A stretch of 63,750 nucleotides of DNA. Origin: Clostridia bacterium (GTDB lineage: Bacteria; Bacillota; Clostridia; Oscillospirales; CAG-382). The translations under genes and the position numbers were made by a program. The stretch's first letter is position 1. Every line of letters begins with the position of its first letter. Below, piece by piece: positions 18,893 to 26,414 of this stretch. A model generated the notes under the pieces. The model saw only the letters and a program-made list of their open reading frames with translations. It was not told where the DNA came from and did no database searches. The DNA lies in contig JAFQHW010000008.1 in NCBI GenBank assembly GCA_017397805.1, positions 1-63,750 of the forward strand, written 5' to 3'.

Positions 18893-20431
18893 TTAAACAA
18901 GTTTCTGCAGTCTTCTAAGATATTCTTTACACTCAAGCATGTTTTCTTCACCGAACAAGAAATCAAGATAGTCGCAAAGACCGTCGATCTCGTCACGAAT
19001 GAAGGAAAGGTTCAAGCTCTCGAACTTACGAAGTACTTTTCTTGCCAATACGTAGTCAAGACCTTCAAGCTCGGTACCGCCGCAACCAACGAAAGCGGGA
19101 ACGTATTCACGAAGCTGCTTAACGATACGGTTACCAAACGCCAATCTGAAGTGCTCGATAACGTAGTTGTCAAGCAGTTCGATCTTGTGCAAGTTTTCGT
19201 CGGAAACCTTGTGATGCTCTTTGCAGTAGTTGAGCATTTCTTCAAGGTGCTTGTAGGAAAGATTAAGAGGCTTGGTGTGGGGCGCATCGAAAGGAACACC
19301 CTTGGTATTAATGTCGATAGGCATTGCACGGTCATAAACCTTATCGGTGATAGCAAAGGTAGAGTCGTCGTTGTTTGCAGTACCGATATACCACATATTT
19401 TCGGGCAGATGCAATTTACCCATATCCAAGTGCTTGGGGTCGCTTTCCCAAACGTTGGGAACCAAGTCAACTATCCACTCATCGCGGGAAGGCATTTCCA
19501 GAATGGAAAGCATTTCTGCAAAGTAATACTCAACACGCGCGATATTCATTTCGTCCAAAATGGTGAGATAGATGTTTTCGTTATATGTAGCCTCGTACAT
19601 AGCGCGAAGCAACTCGGTTTCGTTATATCTCTTGGTAAATTCGTTGAAGTAGCCGAACAACTCGGAACGGTCTCTCCAAGAAGGCTGAATGGAAGTGATA
19701 ATAGCGTCGTTCTGCAAGAACTTACCGAATGCGTAGGGAAGGGAGGTCTTACCTGTACCGGAAATACCCTGCAAGATGATAAGTCTTGTGGAAGCAAAGG
19801 ATGCAAGGAACAGACGAATAATCTTTATATCGTAGTAAAGACCGAGCTCAGCACACGCGAAGTTGCGGAAGCGTTCGCAGATCTGAGGCAAAGTGATCTC
19901 GTTGTCGTAAACGGGGGGCTGATAATCTGCCCACTCGTTGTCGATCTTGGTAAGCTTGAAGAAACGGCTTTCACCCTCTTCGATGGGGGTATCCTGACCG
20001 TTAAGGGTTGCCATTTCATCGCCGGTAAGCTCAGCTATCTCGTTGGGGTTAAGACCTATTTGAGAAACCTTCATTGAAAGTATCTTGTCTTTCTCCAAGT
20101 TAAGGCGCATAACCTCGCGGTTGAGCGCGGTAACCTCGTCGATAAGATCGTTGGTGTTCTTAGCCTTTCTCTTGTAGCGAGCAAACTTTTTTAAGGACAC
20201 AACGATTATATAAACAAGCAAACCGAGAACGGCAAGTATTATAAGCATTGCGATAATCGCATATACCCACGCAAGTCCGCCCAACTCCGACGTGTGGGAG
20301 TCGATAATGTCAGCATAAGCAGAGAAGTTAAACATTTGTCCTATGCCAACGAATATATTGGAAAACGCCGTCCAGACTCCTCCAAGGAACTGACCGAAAA
20401 ACTCGTAGAAAAAGTTTAACATGCCATCCAT
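18893..20431 (-). CDS. Membrane-anchored McrB-like AAA+ NTPase
   Basis: Walker A GISGTGKT, IQPSWRDRSELFGYFN, Walker B ILDEMNIARVEYYFAEMLS, McrB signature GTANNDDST, KVYDRA; N-terminal TM helix followed by basic KKFARYKRK. Confidence 0.8.
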   Translation of the reverse strand: MDGMLNFFYEFFGQFLGGVWTAFSNIFVGIGQMFNFSAYADIIDSHTSELGGLAWVYAIIAMLIILAVLGLLVYIIVVSLKKFARYKRKAKNTNDLIDEVTALNREVMRLNLEKDKILSMKVSQIGLNPNEIAELTGDEMATLNGQDTPIEEGESRFFKLTKIDNEWADYQPPVYDNEITLPQICERFRNFACAELGLYYDIKIIRLFLASFASTRLIILQGISGTGKTSLPYAFGKFLQNDAIITSIQPSWRDRSELFGYFNEFTKRYNETELLRAMYEATYNENIYLTILDEMNIARVEYYFAEMLSILEMPSRDEWIVDLVPNVWESDPKHLDMGKLHLPENMWYIGTANNDDSTFAITDKVYDRAMPIDINTKGVPFDAPHTKPLNLSYKHLEEMLNYCKEHHKVSDENLHKIELLDNYVIEHFRLAFGNRIVKQLREYVPAFVGCGGTELEGLDYVLARKVLRKFESLNLSFIRDEIDGLCDYLDFLFGEENMLECKEYLRRLQKLV

Positions 20432-20600
20432 ATTGTTTGTCTCCTTTAAAATCTTATGTACTTAAAAAGATTTACCCGCGCGAAGTAAATCTTTTGTATG
20501 TTTGATAACAACCGGGGTAGCAACTTTTTGCTCTGCTGACGCAAAAAGCTTACTATCGATCGTTAATTAAAATCATACTAATCCTCAGTCTTATCGGGTT

Positions 20601-21410
20601 TTATTCCGATACAGACTCTTCAGGGTCATTGTCGCTTTCAGACACACTATCTTCAGCTTTGGTAATACCTTGGCTTTTTATATACTCCTCGGCTATTCTG
20701 CGCTTTTCTTCCTCGGAAAGCTCGCTTGTGCGCGCCTCCTCGGCTTCCATAACCGCCTTTTCGCGGTTATAGATGATAAGGTTTTTAACAACCCTATAGC
20801 CTTGGAATAAAACGAACAGTAACAAGGGAAGTATTATGCAGAGGAACATGCCTTTTTGGGACTGCAAAAAGTCCATAACCTTGCCAAGACCTGCGATACG
20901 GGTACCGTCATACTCGGCAATAATTTCTCTGGGACTCTTCAGGTTAACGTCTGCAATGGGGTTGTTAAGACCTTGGGTACGGTACTGAATGATACCGTTA
21001 CTGTCAATGACTTCAACAATACTGTGGATAACGAATATATCCAAGTCGGCAGCTTGACCGGGTTCGCACTCGTGATAACTGCCGTCCTCGTAAGCGATTA
21101 CGGGCATGGAGAACATAACCGTATCTCCAACCTCAAAATCCAAGTCGTCGTCCTCGTCAATAACCTCACAGATGACCATATCGCCCTTCTTGATGCCGTC
21201 CTCTACCAAATCGCCGTTCTTATCGTAAAGCTCCATAGAGTCCGTCTGAACGCTTCTTATGGTATAACCGAAAATTTGGGAGACGTTACCTTCCTTCTGG
21301 GTAAGCGCCATTATAAGCACTGCCGCAGAAAGCAAAACAAATATTACAAGAAAAACATCCAATACTACGTTTAGTATCTTTTTTGTTTTTTCTTTTGCCT
21401 TATCTGTCAT
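20601..21410 (-). CDS. sipW: Second SipW-type signal peptidase I with insertions and acidic C-terminal tail
   Basis: IFGYTIRSVQTDSM (Ser), KKGDMV, VIHSI (His), RTQGLNN, GLGKVMDFL, second TM, EEEKRRIAEEY tail. Confidence 0.75.
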   Translation of the reverse strand: MTDKAKEKTKKILNVVLDVFLVIFVLLSAAVLIMALTQKEGNVSQIFGYTIRSVQTDSMELYDKNGDLVEDGIKKGDMVICEVIDEDDDLDFEVGDTVMFSMPVIAYEDGSYHECEPGQAADLDIFVIHSIVEVIDSNGIIQYRTQGLNNPIADVNLKSPREIIAEYDGTRIAGLGKVMDFLQSQKGMFLCIILPLLLFVLFQGYRVVKNLIIYNREKAVMEAEEARTSELSEEEKRRIAEEYIKSQGITKAEDSVSESDNDPEESVSE

Positions 21411-21467
21411 AGGTAACGCCTCCCTTAAAATTTAATTGTTAATCAAAAAATGTAAAAATGTAATTAT

Positions 21468-22217
21468 TTACCCAACAAGCTCAAAACCGAGGCTTACATC
21501 GAAAGTAGAACCGGAATTAACGTTGGTGCACTGTGTATCCTGACCTTCAAACCATACGAATACATAGAAGCACTTTGCAACATCGTAGGTGTTTTGATAT
21601 GTTTCGCCTGTTGCATATTCAACTGTGGTTATAGAACTACCGTCTATAGGGCCATCCTGACCAAACTGAGCATATGTTTCTACACTGCTAGCGAAAATTG
21701 TAGAAGCGCCGTCAGCAGCAGCAATAGCAACTCTTTCATAACCTCTGCCACCGGTAACGGTAGGAGTAATCTTTAATTTTACGGACTCTGTAGTGTCAGC
21801 CTTAACCCAAATCTTTTTAACGATGTAATCGGTACCAGCATTAGCTGTATCTATGGGGTAATTAACTTTGTCGCCGTTGTAAATACCGTCAGCTCTGTCG
21901 GTTGTAGTAGTATAGAATGCACTGCTTGCACTGCCGGTGGGTTTACCGGAAACAGCTTTCATATTTTCTACATTGTCACTCCAAGTTATTTTAGAGCTAA
22001 AGCCGGTTGTAGGAGCTGTAGTGTTGGCCATGCTTTCATCCTCAACAATGTAAAGACCGGATGAAGTGGTAGCGGTAAGAGTAAGTTTTTCTGCAGATGC
22101 AGCATCGTTAGAAGAGAACCATGCGTAGGTTGCGCCGGAAAGAGCCATAACTGCTACGAGCAGCATAGCGATGGAAGAAACAAGAGTGCTTCTTCTGATT
22201 GCTGTGTGTTTAGACAT
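21468..22217 (-). CDS. SipW-class secreted TasA/pilin-like protein (candidate major subunit)
   Basis: ATG at 22217 with GGAGG RBS; signal ending SGATYAWF; VWFEGQDTQC motif; no extra domains. Confidence 0.75.
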   Translation of the reverse strand: MSKHTAIRRSTLVSSIAMLLVAVMALSGATYAWFSSNDAASAEKLTLTATTSSGLYIVEDESMANTTAPTTGFSSKITWSDNVENMKAVSGKPTGSASSAFYTTTTDRADGIYNGDKVNYPIDTANAGTDYIVKKIWVKADTTESVKLKITPTVTGGRGYERVAIAAADGASTIFASSVETYAQFGQDGPIDGSSITTVEYATGETYQNTYDVAKCFYVFVWFEGQDTQCTNVNSGSTFDVSLGFELVG

Positions 22218-22370
22218 AATTTTTTCCTCCATAAGAAAAATTTTTGAATTTTTCCGACTTTTATGTCGGTGCCTAATATGTACCGACATTCCGTCGGGGA
22301 GTTTTGCCAACCTTCCGTTGGCGGGGAATATAATCCAAATGCTTAAACGGGGAATAGGGGATAAGTGCTT

Positions 22371-23153
22371 TTACTCCTTGAGTTCAGCAGCCTCGAAGAG
22401 CATGGAAAGCCGCATATGACCGCCCATTATATCGTTTACGCATTGTGAATCCTCACCTTCAAACCAAATAACTACGGTGTATTTATCCGTGTCACCGGGT
22501 TTGAAATCTTCTTTCGTGCCCTCGAAAACAGTCTCTTCGTCAACAAAAGCAACCGTATTTTCTTCAGGCTCGTCGGTGCCCAACTGGGGTTTTGCATAAA
22601 TAGTAGGCTCACCGTTTTTATATACCATAATTCTTGCCGCTTCATCACAGCTCTTTGCCACACCGGTTACGATAAGGCTTGTATCGTAATCTATGGTCTC
22701 CGTGCCGTTGTTGCGGATATAGAAGGTATATGCAAAATAATCGTCGCCGTTATGACTGCCGTCGGTGTTGTCCAGGCTGTCAAGCACACCCGTTGACTCA
22801 AACCAATCGTAGGTATAGTGGTAAACGCGGTCGGCGTTCTCACCGCTTAAAACCACGCTCGTTTCCTTGAAGTCAGCCGTTTCGGAAAGGACTATGCCCT
22901 TACCTTCAAGGCTTCTGTCAACGGTTACGACCAAGTCACCAAACTGGGTGGAACAATAGGAAAGCAACCACAGTATGATAATAATAATCATAATGAATGC
23001 CATTATCCACATGGCACGCTTCTTCCTCTGCTTGGTTTTGTAAAGGCTTTCCGCATCACGCCTTGTTGCGCCGTGAGCGTTATTAATCTTACTCTCAAAC
23101 TTCTCCAAGTCTAACGGAGTGAAGACTTCTTCATTTTTATTCTTTTTTGCCAA
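22371..23153 (-). CDS. Membrane-anchored paralog of the TasA/pilin-like subunits
   Basis: Basic cytoplasmic N-terminus, single TM without T-x-A-W-F site, YFAYTFYIRNNG, IWFEGEDSQC. Confidence 0.65.
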   Translation of the reverse strand: MAKKNKNEEVFTPLDLEKFESKINNAHGATRRDAESLYKTKQRKKRAMWIMAFIMIIIIILWLLSYCSTQFGDLVVTVDRSLEGKGIVLSETADFKETSVVLSGENADRVYHYTYDWFESTGVLDSLDNTDGSHNGDDYFAYTFYIRNNGTETIDYDTSLIVTGVAKSCDEAARIMVYKNGEPTIYAKPQLGTDEPEENTVAFVDEETVFEGTKEDFKPGDTDKYTVVIWFEGEDSQCVNDIMGGHMRLSMLFEAAELKE

Positions 23154-23209
23154 TTTCTAATCTCACTCCCCATCATTTAATTTAAGCTTTGCGGTTGGGT
23201 TGGCTTAAA

Positions 23210-24031
23210 TCAGCTCAAGGGAACGTTGTTATCGTCTGTACCCTCAAAATTAAGCTTTACCTGAAGGTTGGCGCGCTGAACGTCGTCATCACACTCGGGG
23301 TCTTCGCCTTCGATCCAAATTCTTACGGTTACGTGCTTGGGGGTAAGTGCCGTAAGCTTGAAAAGTCTTGTGTTGTTGGAAAGCTCCATAGGGGTGGGCA
23401 AGTCAAAAGTGGTCTGGCCTGCAACTGCCGTGCCCTTGTTAGGCTCGTAGATAACCGTGGTTTCTTCTTCAACGTCCGTAAAGCTTATTCTCGCACATCT
23501 GATTATATCAGCCTGACCGCCGGTGCTGGAGGTGGTAACCGCCGTACCGTCGTTCATACCGGGCTTACTGTCGGTAGAGGTCAGGTGCACCCACATATCC
23601 TCGGAGCTGATAAGATACATATCAAATTGCAAAAAGCTTCTGTTGTTTTCGTCACGCTGTACGCCGCTTTCGGTATAGAATACCTTACCGTCAGCGGAAG
23701 TAAGAGGGTCAAGCACCATATCGGCAAGGCTTGCATCGTATGCATCAAGCTGTGCGTTTATATCCTCGTTGGTAAGCGTGCTGCTGTACAACGAAAGATC
23801 GTCACCGTGATCCTCGCCCGCTATAAGCAACTGAACACCGGAGCCTATTGATATATCCATATTATTAACGGAAGAGAAGTCAGACATGGTGAACCACGCA
23901 AAAGTGGTACCAACCATGGAAATTATTAAAAGCACGAGCAATAATAACGAAAGCTTCGCCTTCGTTTTCTTCTCCTGCTTGTACTCCGTATTCACGTTGT
24001 TCTGCTCCGTTACATTAAGCTTTGTGTTCAT
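23210..24031 (-). CDS. SipW-class secreted TasA/pilin-like subunit (first gene of operon)
   Basis: Signal ending GTTFAWF; LTSADGKVFY; IWIEGEDPEC. Confidence 0.75.
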   Translation of the reverse strand: MNTKLNVTEQNNVNTEYKQEKKTKAKLSLLLLVLLIISMVGTTFAWFTMSDFSSVNNMDISIGSGVQLLIAGEDHGDDLSLYSSTLTNEDINAQLDAYDASLADMVLDPLTSADGKVFYTESGVQRDENNRSFLQFDMYLISSEDMWVHLTSTDSKPGMNDGTAVTTSSTGGQADIIRCARISFTDVEEETTVIYEPNKGTAVAGQTTFDLPTPMELSNNTRLFKLTALTPKHVTVRIWIEGEDPECDDDVQRANLQVKLNFEGTDDNNVPLS

Positions 24032-24144
24032 GCCTAAACCTCCACTTTAATCTGCGGTAGAATTCCTACATTATATATATGTAAGCGTTTATAGATGCGC
24101 AAGACTGCAAAATCGCAGACTTATACCACATATATACGATGTAC

Positions 24145-24173
24145 ATTATATAATTATGACGAGGATTTGTCAA
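24145..24173 (-). promoter_or_regulatory. Consensus sigma-A promoter for leftward SipW operon
   Basis: TTGACA-17-TATAAT on the minus strand. Confidence 0.7.
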
Positions 24174-24284
24174 GGGGGAATTCCAAAACCACTCCCATTT
24201 TTGGTAATAATGAAATAAATACCTGCAGGGTTTTTGGAATATTGTACAAATTTTATTATTTTGCATTTATTTTTAAAAAAGCTA

Positions 24285-24313
24285 TTGACAATTTAGTTAA
24301 TTAATGGCATAAT
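24285..24313 (+). promoter_or_regulatory. Sigma-A promoter with extended -10 for divergent SipW substrate
   Basis: TTGACA-17-CATAAT preceded by TG. Confidence 0.6.
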
Positions 24314-24445
24314 AGACACAAGAAATAGTGGCAGAATTGTATTCTGTTGCGATGTAGATTTGATTTTTACGTGTCGCGGGTGTTCCCGTCGGCGGTTTCT
24401 CGGCCCGATTCGGGTTAATAATAATTTGAGAGGAAGATTAACACA

Positions 24446-25348
24446 ATGAAAAAGAGAATGTTTAAGATCACGGCTTTAATACTCTCTGCTGTTCTGCTGG
24501 TTACCGGTACCTTCTACTTTACCTTGGCATACTTGCAGGCAAAATCCAACCCCGTAGTAAATACCTTTACTGCAGGTAAGATTAATCTTACTCTCAAAGA
24601 GTCTGAAGTTGATGAATACGGTAATGTTAAGTATTATGCTGATGATGCGTTTATTACCGGTTCGCCCAATGAGAGTGCAGTGGAGGGGACTGACTACAAG
24701 CTTGTTAATAGTGATACTTATACAAAGGTGAACCTTGTAGAAAAGAACAATTACAAATTGGTTCCCGGCGAAACTTATACCAAGAATCCTGTTGTAACCG
24801 TTGCTGCTAATAGCGAACCTTGTTTTTTGTATCTTGCTGTGTACAACGGTCTGAACGACAGCCAGATAATGGATGTTAGTGATTATAGTCCTGTAAAAAT
24901 TGAAGACGATAGTAATACTATTCATTCCCAGCTTCTAGCCAATGGTTGGCAGATTCTCACTGCAAGCGATGGGCTAGCAGGTGTTTCTTGGAATGGTGCA
25001 CCTAAGAGGAGTGATTTTACCGTTTATTACTATCACAGTAGCACCTCTAATAGTTATATAGTCAATACTTCTAATGATCCGCAAACTTTTGGTACGTTCA
25101 ATAGTTTTAAGATTGACGAATCAGCTTCCAATGGTCAAATTTTATCGCTTGAAACTATGTATGATGCATCCGGAGAACCGACAGCTGATTTTCTTGCGTA
25201 TGCCGCAATTATTGAAGTCTATGCTTTTGCTGTACAAAGCACAGGTTTTACAAACATTAGTACGGGCGATATCGATGCGGTTAGAAATGCTTGGAATGCA
25301 ACATTCGGTGCTTCCGGCGGAACAACAAATGCTGTTGTTGAGGAGTAG
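24446..25348 (+). CDS. SipW-dependent-type signal peptide protein (camelysin/TasA-like)
   Basis: TLAYLQAKSNPVVNTFTAGKINLTLKE is the classic SipW-cognate N-terminus; LVPGETYTKNPVVTV; AFAVQ near C-terminus. Confidence 0.8.
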   Translation: MKKRMFKITALILSAVLLVTGTFYFTLAYLQAKSNPVVNTFTAGKINLTLKESEVDEYGNVKYYADDAFITGSPNESAVEGTDYKLVNSDTYTKVNLVEKNNYKLVPGETYTKNPVVTVAANSEPCFLYLAVYNGLNDSQIMDVSDYSPVKIEDDSNTIHSQLLANGWQILTASDGLAGVSWNGAPKRSDFTVYYYHSSTSNSYIVNTSNDPQTFGTFNSFKIDESASNGQILSLETMYDASGEPTADFLAYAAIIEVYAFAVQSTGFTNISTGDIDAVRNAWNATFGASGGTTNAVVEE

Positions 25349-25420
25349 TGTGATAGCTTTAAGTTTTATATGAAATTTTGAGGCTATTTTATAAAGAGAT
25401 CCAAATGCTCAGATGATCAT

Positions 25421-25452
25421 CAAGCAGTCACTTTTGTGGCTGCTTGTTTTTT
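25421..25452 (+). terminator. Rho-independent terminator
   Basis: CAAGCAGTCAC / GTGGCTGCTTG hairpin with T tract. Confidence 0.7.
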
Positions 25453-25635
25453 GTGACTTTTATGATCTGAAATTGAAAAAATATGATTTTGGTACTTGCA
25501 AAATGGATTTGTTTATGCTATTATACTATGTAGTGTAAAATGGTTAAATGAGGCGTTTTGCTTTTTTATCACTTTTTAAATGATGTTTTTAACACTTGAT
25601 GACGTTTTTTTAATACTAAGGAGTTTTTAGTTATA

Positions 25636-26400
25636 ATGGATAAGCAAGAAAAGAACAATGGCGAATATTATTCGATTGATTTGCTGCATATAGTGAAAAC
25701 GTTGTGGAAGCGTGCGTGGGTTATTATCCTTGCAGGCTTTATTGCTGCTACAATCGGCTTTTCTTATTCCAATTTTGCGATTGAGCCAACATATTCTTCT
25801 ACGATTTTATTGTACGTTAATAACAGTTCTTTTTCCTTGGGTAACACAAGCTTTAGCATCAGCTCTTCGGAGATAACGGCTGCACAAAGCCTGGTTAACA
25901 CCTACGGTGAGATACTTGATAACCGCACCACGCTTGAAAGGGTTATTGACAAGGCGGGTGTTTCCTATTCTTATCAGGACCTTTCCGAGAAAATAGAATC
26001 CTCTCCTTCAAACGAAACTGAAATAATGAAGGTTACCGTTACTACAAACGACCCATATGAGGCGTCTAAAATTGCTAATTGCATAGCCGAGGTTTTGCCG
26101 GTTCGTATTTCTGAAATTATCGACGGTGCTTCCATGGCGGTTGTTGACTCTGCGGTGCCTGTTTTGGAAAAGGTGGCGCCAAGTGTCACAAAATACACAG
26201 CCGTAGCCATGATACTTGGCCTTTTGCTTGCTGTCGTTGTTTTGGTTGTGCTTGCAATTATGGATGATACTATCCATGACGAGGAGTACGTGCTTAAAAC
26301 ATACGATTATCCTATCTTGGCAAAGGTTCCCGACCTTTATGACGGTGGTAGTAAGCAGTATGGCTATTATTATCAGAAACACAAGAAGGCGAATAATTAG
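25636..26400 (+). CDS. cpsC: Wzz/CpsC-type polysaccharide co-polymerase, BY-kinase activator
   Basis: IDLLHIVKTLWKR, PTYSST, two TM, DDTIHDEE...PILAKVP. Confidence 0.85.
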   Translation: MDKQEKNNGEYYSIDLLHIVKTLWKRAWVIILAGFIAATIGFSYSNFAIEPTYSSTILLYVNNSSFSLGNTSFSISSSEITAAQSLVNTYGEILDNRTTLERVIDKAGVSYSYQDLSEKIESSPSNETEIMKVTVTTNDPYEASKIANCIAEVLPVRISEIIDGASMAVVDSAVPVLEKVAPSVTKYTAVAMILGLLLAVVVLVVLAIMDDTIHDEEYVLKTYDYPILAKVPDLYDGGSKQYGYYYQKHKKANN

Positions 26401-26414
26401 AGAAAGGTTGCGGT

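Noticed and set aside
19151-20077. Long antisense ORFs (also 20856-21374, 23189-23851, 31424-32305, 33530-34312, 55202-55822)
   Set aside because: They lie opposite well-supported genes and show no recognisable motifs; most likely shadows of biased codon usage.
16375-20431. Calling the McrB-like/DUF2357 pair a canonical McrBC or CoCoNuT defence system
   Set aside because: No visible PD-(D/E)xK nuclease, DNA/RNA recognition domain, helicase, methylase or other defence genes nearby, and the NTPase has a TM anchor inside a secretion-type operon. A defence role is not excluded but is unsupported.
24032-24445. c-di-GMP riboswitch upstream of the fibre genes
   Set aside because: Expected for adhesion loci in Clostridia, but neither class I nor class II consensus could be found by eye.
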